Below are positions 1 through 12,938 of a stretch of 64,000 nucleotides of DNA, in pieces; position 1 is the first letter of the stretch, and every line of letters begins with the position of its first letter. The notes under the pieces are model-generated. The model worked only from the letters and a program-made list of their open reading frames with translations, searched no databases and was not told the origin of the DNA. A program made the position numbers and the translations under genes. This stretch comes from Octopus vulgaris. Taxonomy: Eukaryota. Location of the stretch: positions 38,254,001 to 38,318,000 of the forward strand of contig OX597835.1 in the NCBI GenBank assembly GCA_951406725.2. Reading direction: 5' to 3'.

Positions 1-162
1 ATACGCTGTTTATCTTGATATGAGATCTCCATATCGCGCACATATGGTTGTGATGCATGTGCCTTGTGTACCTTTATCAGACGGGTAGTCATGATGGGTA
101 AATTGGGCTTCATATATTTGTACCGCAGTGTCACTTTGATGGCATGCATTGCTCTCTCACTC
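1..162 (+). mobile_element. 3' part of an interspersed repeat that ends in an (AAT/ACT)n tail; same family as 33451-33835
   Basis: Colinear similarity to 33679-33835 (gctgtttatcttgatatgagatc...tgctctctcactc), followed by a trinucleotide microsatellite in both copies. Confidence 0.75.
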
Positions 163-164
163 AA

Positions 165-224
<60 letters not shown>

Positions 225-379
225 TAAAAATATTAATAATAATAATAATAATAATGATAATAATAATTCTAATAATCAATCCTTTTATTTGCCATCAGGG
301 CAACTGATGAAGGGACGATACTGAGGGATATAAGGCGAGGGGATTTATATAGAATCCAATACTAAAATCAATGACAATA

Positions 380-435
<56 letters not shown>

Positions 436-789
436 GATGATGATAATAATAATAATAATAATGCAAAAAAGAGAACCCTCATAACAAATTCAAAGGGAAC
501 AGAAGCAATGAACGTAAATTTTACAAAAACAAATATATAGATAAACAAAACAGTAAATAAATCAAAGAGTACCAAAATTGCAAGCAGTGGTAATGAGAAA
601 GGGGAGGGGGGATGACAAGGAGGAGGAGGAGGCGAGAAAGAGGTGGAGGAAGAGGTGGAGAGACTAGCTGCAGGTTCTGAAGCAATGGTTGATAATTGTT
701 TTCCTCTTCGCTGGTTTTTTGGATGAGATGTTCACATCCGTTCTGGGGGCAAGTTGACTTCCCTAACGAAACATGCTCTTTCTGCACAC

Positions 790-918
<129 letters not shown>

Positions 919-1013
919 AAATATATGTGTATATATATATATATGTATATTATTATATGTATTTATATATATATGTATATGTATGTTATTACATGTATAT
1001 ATATATATATATT

Positions 1014-1045
<32 letters not shown>

Positions 1046-1660
1046 AATATATATATATACATAGATATACATACATATATATATACATGTATATATATAT
1101 ATACATATATATATACTTATATACATATATGTATGTACGTATATATATATATACATATATATATATGTACGTATATATATATATGAGCATATTTATATAT
1201 ACACATATGTGTGTGTGTATACATATATATACATGCATATATATATATACATATATACATATATTATGTTTGTATATATTTATATATACACATATGTGTG
1301 TTTGTGTATACATACATATACAAGTGTATCTATCTATCTATTTAACTATTTGTCTATATATATATATATATATTTCACTGCCCCCCCCCCCCAACACACA
1401 CACATAAATACACATCTGTAGCTGTGTACATGTGCGTGCGCGTGTATCTGCTTAGATATCTGTTTGTGAGTGTTTAGGTAAATACATGCATATGTAGATA
1501 TCTTCGAATACTTTCTGTGCCTCTTTGTATACATGTATCTAGCTATCCACGTATACATGAAAATCTGACTATATCTCATACATGTGGCATTAGGTTTATG
1601 TTTGTACATATAACTAGAATGAGATCTGTCTACGTATCTGTGTATGTAAATGTTTGTATG

Positions 1661-1691
<31 letters not shown>

Positions 1692-2073
1692 GTAACGTAT
1701 GTATGTATATCTGGACAGATGAATGCATGCACACACACACACACATATAAATATGTATATATGTACATTTGTACATACATACATACATATATGTGTATTG
1801 ATATATGTATATGTGTAGGCAATCATGCTTGGATGTGCATGTGCGTGCGCAAGTGTGTGTGTGTCCGTGTAAGCGCGCGCGCACGTGTGTATGTATTTAT
1901 GCTTGTAGTTTGTATGCGTGTGTTTAGCCATATCCGCATAAAAATCTGGTATTTCCTAAGTACTGAAATCTCTTCTTATATACATATAAATGACACCATA
2001 TATATATATTTATGTATGTATATATATATATATGTATATTATTATATATATATAATCATACACTCATGCATAC

Positions 2074-2145
<72 letters not shown>

Positions 2146-2571
2146 GTATATATATATATGTATATATATGCATATATATTCATACATACATACATACATA
2201 CATACATACATACATACATACATACATACATACATACGTACATACATACATACATACGTACATACATACATACATACATACGTACATACACACATACATA
2301 TGAATCTGTGGGTGTATTACTTTCACACATGCGGTAGAGACTGAGGCTTCACTTGGCAACTATTTTTAGCTTCTCGTTTGCAATTACAGCCGATCGCAGC
2401 CACACACACGTTCACACATGGCTACATGCACCAATACATTCACGTTCCCATATAGGTGGATATATTGCATTAATGACTCTCTTATAGGCCTAGTGCTGAT
2501 TCTCTGAAGAATTCGTTTAAAAGCCACACATGTATGTGTGTGCGAAAAAGCCTGTACACATATATGCATAC

Positions 2572-2618
<47 letters not shown>

Positions 2619-2670
2619 GTATGTATATATATATATTATATATATATATATATATATTTATACACATATA

Positions 2671-2701
<31 letters not shown>

Positions 2702-3449
2702 GCATTCTCTTACATATATAAATATATACCTATAGTATATGTCTACTTGCATGTACATATATGTGTATATATATATACATATATACATACATACATATAT
2801 ATATATATATTTTTACATATCAATGCATACATACATACATATATATATGTATATATATATATGTATATATATATATGTATATATATATACACATATACCC
2901 CCCACACACATATACATTCAATTCCTTCCAGGATATAGATCGGCTGCAGTGTTTTTTTATCCTTCCTGCAGTTGTTGTTATTTTGTTGTTGATGTTGCTG
3001 TTGTTGTTCTTGTTGTTGTTCTTGTTGTTGTTGTCGTCGTCGTTGTCGTTGTTGCTGTTATTGTTTATCTTATCTCGTTTCCCATTAATTCTACAACGGC
3101 CACAATCAGTCAGGAACACACTGCTGAAGCTTCAAGGATTTACTGAAGCGCAAAGCAAGAAAAAAACAATAATAATAAACAAATAAAATCACCTAAAGCA
3201 ATTTTAACCACTCGACTACGGCTAACAAACCAAAATATTAACGTGCGAGCTAACGAAGGTCGCTTCTGCATGGTCTGCTAGAAATAGCTGTTTATTCTCC
3301 CTTAAAAATAAAACTCGAACATTAAAAAAAATGGAATGACTAGAAATTTCTTTTTATACGATCGAATGCAATGCTTGAAAATAAAGTAATGGAGACGAGA
3401 ACAAAGTCACTTGCTCAAAGGTTCACATTGAGCAAGTGTTTCCCTCTAA

Positions 3450-4075
3450 AACCCCGGGCCGCGAAATTTTTTTCCCACGAGATTTCCGGACCCCACTTAC
3501 GAGCTTATTTACATATAGCCAATCACATTGAGCTTGTTGCCTAGACGCAAAGCCCAATACAGCGTTCGTGAATGTGTTAAAAACAACTAATCTCTTGGTA
3601 AAACACACTCTACCAAGTAAACTCAAGACGAAGAACGGTGTTGTAAGTCGGTGTAAGAACGGTGTTGTCAGTGATCGCCAAGGTATGCCTGATTTTAGAA
3701 GACAAGTAATTAGATAGATTTGCATCTGTACCTATTACCGGATTTTGTTAGGGGCCCCTATGGTAAAGAAGTGGATGGTAAAACTGTGAATGGAAGTCGT
3801 GTTCTAGAAACCTTCCCCCTTACTGTTTAGAAACTAGACAACAACACAAATAGCTACACAGAGGTAGCCATGGTTGAAAGAGGAACAAGAACAACAAGCA
3901 TTATTAAAAGAAAAGAAGCGTGGTTATTCCTTACCCAAGAGACCTGACCTTATCACCCATAATTTGTTATGCACTCTTAAATTAACTTCATTGTTGTGCT
4001 CTGATTGGCTATATGCAAATGAGTTCATAACTGTGGTCTGGAACTCTCGTGGGGAAAAATTTCGTCCCCTGGGCC
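3450..4075. mobile_element. Degenerate MITE-like element with ~70-80 bp imperfect inverted repeats
   Basis: Left gcgaaattttttcccacgag...tttacatatagccaatca matches the reverse complement of tgattggctatatgcaaat...ctcgtggggaaaaatttcg; no TSD identified. Confidence 0.55.
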
Positions 4076-4356
4076 GAATTTTTTTTACTGGACCAGTAAC
4101 TTGTAAGTGAATTTAATGCACAGAAACTGTGTGGAAGCCCGACGTGTATATATTAATTTCGTGTGTGATGAACGTAGAAACATAACACGCAGCAAGGCAA
4201 GGCACGTTTTCTATAGCAGAAAGCATAAAACCTAAACAGGATCGACAGTCAGCGCAGCAAAACTGCTCTAAATATATTAGCCTGCGTTCAACTGAAGATC
4301 AAGCGAAAGTTGCCAAGTTGCGGAACCCTCAGCCGTCGTTTAGTGCAGAAGAGTCC

Positions 4357-4438
<82 letters not shown>

Positions 4439-4601
4439 TACACACACGCACACACACACACACATGCACCCACATCACTGACTCCTTTTTGTCTGAATTC
4501 CCATATTTTAATTTATGATCTATGCAGAGTCATGTGTTTTCGTATGTCTCCTCCCATTTGACCTATGTAATGTTCACATCCCGAGCTCGTTCTCACACTC
4601 A

Positions 4602-4632
<31 letters not shown>

Positions 4633-5169
4633 GCACACACACACACACACATACACCTATGCATGCATGTATGAATGTATGTTTTTAGTATTCCTCTCCC
4701 TTTCTCTACCACAGGAATTAAAATGTGTTTGGAATTTGGTCAAGAAGTATATTTCTTTGTGAGTGCGTTGCCATTGAGCTATGTTATTCTAAAATTGATT
4801 TTAAAGGGAAAATCGTATTTTTTGACCATTCCTTGTCTGCATATGTTTCTATATGTTCACTGATTCCTATTTGTCTGTATATTAATTTTCCACCTATGCA
4901 GAATTACGTTTTGTAAAACTCCTCCTGTTTTGCCATTGTAATGTTCTCCATTCCCTGGACATGTTATTGCATATAGTAAGTTTTAAAAAGCACAAATGAA
5001 TTTATTTATTTATTTATCTATTGTCAAACCTTACTAATTCACTGTTCATTTTGTTGTTAATGGGCGAAGTTTGGGCTTCATTAATAATTTTTCATTGATC
5101 TGGTTTGTCTTATGATCTGCTATTGCTTTCACTAATAGCTACTCACTAACGGTATTAACTACGACGAAG

Positions 5170-5587
5170 ACGGCGAGCTGGCAGAATCGTTAGCACGCCG
5201 GACGAAATGCGTAGCCGTATTTCGTCTGCCGTTACGTTCTGAATTCAAATTCCGCCGAGGTCGACTTTGCCTTTCATCCTTTCGGGGTCGATAAATTAAG
5301 TAGCAGTTACGCATTGGGGGTCGATATAATCGACTTAATCCGTTTGTCTGTCCTTGTTTGTCCTCCCTGTGTTTAGCCCCTTGAGGGTAGTAAAGAAATA
5401 GGTATTTCGTCTGCCGTTACGTTCTGAATTCAAATTCCGCCGAGGTCGACTTTGCCTTTCATCCTTTCGGGGTCGATAAATTAAGCACCAGTTACGCACT
5501 GGGGTCGGTATAATCGACTTAATAATTTGTCTGTCCTTGTTTGTCCTCACTGTGTTTAGCCCCTTGTGGGTAGTAAAGAAATAGGTA
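5170..5587 (+). mobile_element. tRNA-derived SINE family B (full copy 5170-5403 plus tandem headless second copy 5403-5587)
   Basis: A-box-like gagctggcagaatcg and B-box-like ttcaaattcc; central gtcgactttgcctttcatcctttcggggtcgataaa resembles the Deu/Nin-type SINE domain; many other copies in the window. Confidence 0.85.
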
Positions 5588-5915
5588 TTAACAATCAGAA
5601 TGAAACGAAATACAGCACCGTGTGATCCTTATGAGAAAAAACATGAGCTTCCAAAACTAATATTATGGAAGATTCATTCAATTTAGTTTATCTCAATTAA
5701 TTTTCTGTTTATCTTAACCTGACTAGATTCATCTTCTTAGACCGATCGAAGACCGCGGTTACTTACTTGATCAAAAATGTAAATACTTTTTCAAAGTTTT
5801 CCAAGTATTGTTTTCCTTTTATTTTGCTATATAGATTTACTCATGCGAAACCTCCTAAGCTTTTCGGTACACACACACGCACACACAAACACACGCACAT
5901 GTACATTTGGAAGCA

Positions 5916-6024
<109 letters not shown>

Positions 6025-6043
6025 GTCTGTCTGTCTATCAATA

Positions 6044-6108
<65 letters not shown>

Positions 6109-6109
6109 G

Positions 6110-6182
<73 letters not shown>

Positions 6183-6185
6183 ATA

Positions 6186-6420
6186 CTCTTTTGCTCTTTT
6201 ACTTATTTCAGTCACTTGACTGTAGCCATGCTGGAGCACCGCTTTTAGTCGAGCAAGTCGACCCCAGGGCTTATTCTTTGGTAAGCCTAGTACTTACTCT
6301 ATCGGTCTCTTTTGCCGAACCGCTAAGTTACGGGGACGTAAACACACCAGCATCGGTTGTTAAGTGATGTTGGGGGGGGGGACAAACACACACACAAACA
6401 TATGCACGCACATACATATA
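6186..6420 (-). mobile_element. SINE family A, 3' half
   Basis: Matches the 3' half of the full copies at 26169-26537 and 27131-27554. Confidence 0.8.
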
Positions 6421-7205
6421 TAAGGTGTTCAAATTCACTAGAATGTTTCTCGTGCCATTCAGTAACAAATTTGGCTGTGTGAATTGGTGCATTATCATCC
6501 TGAAAGATTGCGTTTACCCCCGGAAATGCTTCCGCAACAATAGGATGAATTTGATCAGATAAAATGCTTACATAGTGGTTGACTATTAACTCTGCCATGA
6601 AGGAAAACCATTGGGCCGGCGGATTTCCAAGATATAGCCCCCCCCCCCCACCTCCAGTATCATCACAAATCCGTCTCCCTGTTTAACAGATGGAAGAAAG
6701 CGGTCTGGGTCAAATGCTTCTTTTGGCTATCTCCACACGTATACTCGGCCGGTGGTCGGAAATAAGGTAAAGGATGACTCGTCCGAGAAAATAAAATTCT
6801 TCCACTGCTCTAGGGACCAATTCTGTAGGTTTTTACTCCGCTCTAAATGCTTTGCAACGTTTGTTTTGAAAGTAGTGGTTTTCAAATTGCTGCTTTCCCG
6901 TGAAATCCGGCTTTGTGCAGCTCCCGGCGAACAGTTTTTGTGGAAACTAAGTTCTCCACGTGGTCATTAAGCTCTGCAGTATTCTTGGGAGCTACATTTT
7001 TGTGAGGCTTTCTAACAATTCGCGTAAGAGTCCGACGGTCCCTGTCTGAAAGTTTTGGTTTTCTTCCGGAGTTTTGTTTCGACGGGGAGGTTTTTCCCTC
7101 TTTCTCAAAGGCTGTCATTACTCTCGAGACAGTACTTCTTGATACACTAAACAATTCGATTGTTTTCGTTACGCTAACGCCTGCCATACGAGCACCAATA
7201 AAAGA
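6421..7205 (-). pseudogene. Tc1-family transposase relic (stops and frameshifts, truncated)
   Basis: Translates to a paired-like HTH (IGARMAGVSVTKT...SGRKPKLSDRDRRTL), a FSDES first-Asp motif and FQDDNAPIH second-Asp motif. Confidence 0.9.
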
Positions 7206-7548
7206 GATGGTAATGGAGATGGTCACTCGTTATAGTTGGGGCTTAGGAAATATAACAAGCTTTGCTAGAAACATTATTCACTTCTGTACCTAACGCCATT
7301 TAAATAAATGAAAAAAAGATACCTTAGATCAGACAATGGCAACATTTGTTGAAAAGCTGGCTACATGAAACATGGAACATCATCAGGCTAACTTTTCATT
7401 TAGGCGCCATTCGCAAACTTTTATAATTTGCGGCAGTTTGTACATGTTTGTATTAAATAATATAGTCTTTGATGTATATTTATAGCATTATATATCGAAG
7501 GAAAATGTTGAAAAACAACAACAACAAAAATGAAAAGAAATTAAGGTT

Positions 7549-7708
7549 AGGCGTGGCTGTTCGGTAAAAAGTGTGATTCCCAGCCACATGGGTTTGAGTT
7601 CTGTCCCACTGCGTTGCACCGTGGACAGGTGTCTTCTACTATAACATAGGGCTGACAAAATTCTTCTGAGTGAAATTGTTAGACGGAAAACTGAAAGAAG
7701 CCATCGTG
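7549..7708 (+). mobile_element. SINE family A, 5' half (tRNA head plus CORE-like part), diverged
   Basis: ggcgtggctg...gtcccactgcg...gtgtcttctactata...actgaaagaagcc matches family A. Confidence 0.7.
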
Positions 7709-7799
7709 TATACATACATACATACATACATACATACATACATACATTCATACATACATACATACATACATACACAAATGCATACACACACTTATATAT

Positions 7800-7975
7800 A
7801 TAATGGGGATGAATTCACAAAAAACACAAAAGACGAAGACAGGTGGTTTAGAAACAAACAGATGTATTAGTATAACGCTTGGGAAGTGTAAAAGTCTTTA
7901 ACGTTTCGAGCCTACGCTCTTCCAGAGAAGGGAACACAGAAAGAAAATAAAGAATGTGTAGTGGCTAGCGATCTA
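7800..7975 (-). mobile_element. PLE-type terminal repeat fragment with hammerhead motif (GAGC-stem family)
   Basis: Reverse complement reads ctctggaa GAGC gtag GCTC gaaacgtt aaag; tail shared with 12500-12694 and 36140-36331. Confidence 0.7.
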
Positions 7976-8756
7976 TACATACATGCATATACATATACAT
8001 ACATACACACACACACACACACATACATATGTATATATATATATATATATATGTATATGTATTTTTATCAAAGCTGCAAAATTATCACAAGACTGTTACT
8101 CAGAATTCCCCGTTCTCGTTCGTCAGACAGTGTGTGTGTGTATCTTTATTTGTATGTTTGTCCCCCGGCACCGCTTGACAACCAGGGTTGGTTTATTTAC
8201 GTCCATCATAGGAATTCGGCAAAGGACTTCGATAGAAAACATACCAGTTTAAAAAAAAAAAAAAAGTACTTGGGTCGATTCGCCTAACTAAGAATTCATC
8301 AAAGCGCTGCTCCAGCATGGCTGCAGTCTAACAACTGAATCAAATAGAGTGTAAAAGGTAAAACAGCCGAACAGCCACGACTGGAACGCGTTAGATCAAT
8401 GACGCGTGCTTGATACACCGCTTGATCATTAAGAGCGACCGAGGGCTAAAAAGGCAACAACAAAACCAGGAAAAACAATAACAACAAGAGGAATAACACA
8501 ACAGAATGTATTCAAAGAATAATTTAAAGACAAACAAACAAACAAGCAACAAATGGAGCCACCAAAAATTGCGAACTCTCTTTGATTCCAAGTTCTCATC
8601 CAACGTAAGTGGATATTGCATAGCTTTTATAGAACGTGGGAATCAGGATTTGCTTAGAGTCCCTTCAGTTTTAACCTCATCGTCTTCAACATTATTATAA
8701 ACACAGAAAACTTTTCTCTCTGCCTGCATGTCTGATAGGCTGTCTGTCTGTCTGTA

Positions 8757-8806
<50 letters not shown>

Positions 8807-9005
8807 CTGTGTCTGCGTAGGAGCCTGTTAACGAATTCGTCACATTCTGTCTATCTATCTATCTATCTATCTATCTATCAATCTATCTATCCATCCATCC
8901 ATCCATCCATCCATCCATCAATCTATCTATCTATCTGTCAGTCTGTCTGTCTATTTAGCTGTTTACCTCTCTATTTATCTATCTATCTAACCAAGTCCTT
9001 TTTCC

Positions 9006-9047
<42 letters not shown>

Positions 9048-9102
9048 GTATATATATATATATATATATGTATATGTATATATATGTGTGTATATATATG
9101 TT

Positions 9103-9136
<34 letters not shown>

Positions 9137-9504
9137 TTTATCTATCTATCTATCAATCTCTCTCTCTATATATATATGTATATAATATATATATATATAT
9201 ATATGTATATGTATGTATATATATATATATATATATTATTGCGTGTATAATATATGCAGATATTTGTATATGTATAGATGTCTAGTGTGATAGAGAATGC
9301 TGAGAGATAGGTAAATATATGTTTATTAGTCTTATTCTTCTTATTGTTATTATTATTATATGTATATATATACATGCATATATGTGTGTATGTGCATGTG
9401 CACACATATATATACATATATATAAAGATACGCACATACATGTATACATATATATATATTTTTATACTCACACACACACCCACCCATATATGTATGTATA
9501 TATT

Positions 9505-9712
9505 TCATCATGATGAACCGTTAATCCTTACACAATTTTTTTCACTCTCCATTTTTCCATTTTCTCTCTATTTTCTTCTCTCAGCACTTTCTGTCGAAGT
9601 GCCTAGGCTTGAAGCGTCAACGACTTTTCCCTTCATCCCGAGCGTCAAACTAATAAATCTGTTCGTTCTTCCTTCACTTGTCGTCGTCTTTTGCTCTCTG
9701 GAAATTTGTGAT
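9505..9712 (+). mobile_element. Diverged PLE-type terminal repeat with decayed hammerhead (9587-9622)
   Basis: cttt ctgtcgaa gtgc ctag gctt gaagcgtc aacg followed by the cgagcgtcaaactaata tail. Confidence 0.55.
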
Positions 9713-9720
9713 ATATGTAG

Positions 9721-10896
9721 TGTTACGGTTGGCTAGGTGCATTTCTGGTGACCCACATAGGAATAATGGCACCATGATGTCTGGTGAAATGTGACGGGTT
9801 CTTTGTCTAATGGAGGACTGATGGGTTTTGGAATGACCTGTGACCTCGTGTGGTTGATAAGAGGGTCAGTGAGAATGTGAAAGAGGAAGACAGATTAAGG
9901 GAATCTAAGAGCAGATGGAGAGGGTATTGACAGTAAGAGAAAAGGGACAGATTAAGGGCTGAGAGCAAATAGAGATAGGGTATAAGCAGTAGGGGACGGA
10001 TGGAGAGGCTAAGAGACAGCAGGCGATATAGATAGAGTAAGGAATCAGATAGCAAATAGAAAGGCTAAGAGACAGCAAGCGATATAGATAGGGTATAAGG
10101 ACCAGGGCAGTTAGAAAGGGTAAGAGCGATATAGACAGAGGGAGATGAGGGGAGTGGAAGAAGGACAGAGACGAAGTGAGGTCTGGTAGTTCGCGGTTGG
10201 TCGTCAAGAAGGGCAGTCGCTGGCCGGTCCTCGAAGAAGACAGACGGACCTTGGATTTAAGGAGCAAGCGTTGGAATTCTTAGGAGCAAGTTGGATGCGA
10301 GAAAGCTTGGCGGCACAGAAGGGAATTAGCAGTATTCAGAGGAATTAGCAGTATTGAGAGGAATGGGACACTGGCAGATTCAATTAGGAATTGAGGTATG
10401 TGTTTGTGCATTGATATGTGTCACGGTGTATTGAACAGTGAAAAGAACAGTCAAGGACTCTGTCGATGTGGTCGATAAAGGACATTGTGAAGAAGAAGAG
10501 TAAAGGACTTGTTGATTGTGATGTTTAGGAAGAGACTTTAAAGAACTGTTGTCTTGGGACGTGTACTCTTGAATTGTTACATGATGTTGTATTATGCTTT
10601 GAGTTGTACTCTTGAAATGCTGTTGTATTATGTATTGAGTAGTCACGTGCATGCTTTGATGTATCTTGATGTTGTAACAATTGTAATTGTCGTATAAACT
10701 GTTGTTTGAATATAAGCCAGTGTTGCCAGTTGTTGCCTTGCCTCTTTGGGTTGTATCTCGGGTTGTGCCTCTGTATCTCTGTGCTGTTGAGGTTGTGGCA
10801 GTATCTATCTGTATCTCCTCTCTCCGCCTCTTTGGGTTCCGTGGCGGAACTTGTGTGAGCCGTTCGGGACGGGCGACGACGGGTGATTCCGTAACA
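9721..10896. mobile_element. Solo LTR (1176 bp) of an LTR retrotransposon, probably Gypsy-like
   Basis: Starts TGTTACGG and ends CCGTAACA (8-bp terminal IR, TG...CA); flanks GTAG/GTAT may be a 4-bp TSD with one mismatch; internal short tandem duplications; no coding capacity. Confidence 0.7.
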
Positions 10897-10974
10897 GTAT
10901 ATACAAGTATGGTGAGGCAAACAAGAAATATATATGTGTGTGCGCGCGCACGCGCTATATATATATATTTATAT

Positions 10975-11173
10975 ACTCTTTACTCACTTGTTTCAGCAAT
11001 TTGACTGTGGCCATACTGGAGCATCGCCTTTAGTCTAGCAAATCGATCCCAGGACTTATTCTTTGTAAGCCTAGTACTTTTTCTATCAGTCTCTTTTGCC
11101 GAACTGCTAAGTAACGGGGACGTAAACACACCAGCATCGGTTGTAAAGCTATTTTGGGGTGACAGACACACAA

Positions 11174-11266
<93 letters not shown>

Positions 11267-11430
11267 CATACGACGGGCTTCTTTCAGTTTCCATCTACCA
11301 AATCCACTCACAAGGCTTTGGTCGGCCCGAGGCTATAGCAGAAGCCACTTGGCAAGGTGCCCCGCAGTGAGACTGAACCCGGAACCATGTGGTTCATAAG
11401 CAAGCTACTTACCACACAGCCACTCCTACG
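10975..11430 (-). mobile_element. SINE family A, full length with internal (CA)/(TA) microsatellite
   Basis: tRNA-like head, CORE-like ccttgccaag segment and family tail. Confidence 0.85.
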
Positions 11431-11479
11431 TATGTATGTATTTATGAAACAAATTGTATACAATTTCCAGGTGCACTAC

Positions 11480-12500
11480 GACTAAGAAGGAAAAATAAAC
11501 CTGTCCTGTTGGCGAATTTCAGGAAGCTTGGAAGCTTTGGAGGATGTAGTATCTCGACAGCTAACAACTGATGCAGGTAGTTTATTCCTTACTTCAACAA
11601 TTCTGAGCCTGAAAAAATGTTTCCGACAGTCATGGGTGCTGTGTTGTTTTTTGATTTTGTGAGATCTCCACGAGTGTTTGTCATATGGAATTACAAAAGG
11701 TGCTCAAGGTTATTGTAGGAAAGATGATGGATAATTTTTTGGGTGTCTGCTATGTTAGTTGCCAGACGTCTGAGCTCAATGTGTCCATGCCCGGAGAAGC
11801 AAGACGTTCGGATTATGGAAGATGTCTGACGGCGGGTATTCGTTTTGTTGCACGGTTCTGAACAGTTTCCAAGATATTTATAAGCTGAGCAAGATAGGGG
11901 TTCCAGATTGGTGATGTAAAATCTAACTGTGGACGTACCTATTTCTTTACTACCTACACGGGGCTAAACACAGAGAGGACAAACAAGGACAGACAAACGG
12001 ATTCAGTCGATTATATCGACCACAGTGCGTAACTGGTACTTATTTAATCGACCCCGAAAGGATGAAAGGCAAAGTCAACCTCAGCGGAATTTGAACTCAG
12101 AACGTAGCGGCAGACGAAATAAGGCTACGCATTTCGCCCGGCGTGCTATCATTTCTGCCAGCTCGCCGCCTTATAACTGTGGACGTACCATTGTCGTAAA
12201 TAGCTCGATAGATGGTGAGCGGCAGCCAAAGATCTTACTGAGAGATTCTAGGACAGCCTTTGTCTTCTTGACAATCTTAGAGATGTGGTTCGTCCAACGC
12301 GGATCACTGTTTACAATAATATCCAAATCACGTTCGTAGAAGACTTGCGATTGGTGTTGCTGAGGGAGTATGTAAAGGCTGGGTTTTTCCCCTACAAAGT
12401 GCATGGTGATGCACTTGTACACAACTAGTTTGAGTTGCCAGGCAGAGGCCCATTGCTGCATCGTGTCAAAGTTTGATTGCAGGAAAGATCTACGACGCAT
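11480..12500 (-). pseudogene. CR1-clade LINE 3' relic (RT C-terminus), interrupted by a SINE B
   Basis: LQSNFDTMQQWASAWQLKL..KC..MH, ERDLDIIV, WTNHISKIVKK, VRPQL[D]FTSPIWNPY, LETVQNRATKRIP motifs. Confidence 0.85.
11940..12173 (-). mobile_element. SINE family B, full length, with 16-bp TSD
   Basis: TSD taactgtggacgtacc at 11924-11939 and 12174-12189. Confidence 0.9.
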
Positions 12501-12694
12501 AGGACCCGTCCTTTTTATTTCGAGATTTTTCTTTCCTTGTTTCACTCCTTGTTTTTTTCTGTGTCCCTTTTCTGTAGAAGAGCGTAGGCTCGAAACGTAA
12601 AAGACTTTTTCTATTCCTGAGCGTTATACTAATACATCTGTTTGTTTTGTACACCACCTGCCTTCGTCTTTTGTTTTTTTTTCGCAAACTCTCC
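12500..12694 (+). mobile_element. PLE-type terminal repeat fragment with hammerhead motif (12567-12604)
   Basis: ctttt CTGTAGA A GAGC gtag GCTC GAAA CGTA aaag; ends at (TA)n. Confidence 0.75.
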
Positions 12695-12753
<59 letters not shown>

Positions 12754-12938
12754 GACACACACATATGGTACACCTACACAAATACCGATATATACATGTT
12801 TATCGATGTATTTAGGGTGGGTTGCTTCTTTGTTCTATGCTTTCTCTGTGTGTCACTCTCTCAGTCCGTCTGGAAGCCTCTTCTTCTCAATGTGTGTGTG
12901 TGTGGGGGGGGGGGGGGGTGTCTGTGTGTTTATGAGTA

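Noticed and set aside
5170-5587. Tandem repeats that might suggest a CRISPR-like array
   Set aside because: This is a SINE with a partial tandem duplication; there are no repeat-spacer arrays or cas genes, and the DNA is eukaryotic.
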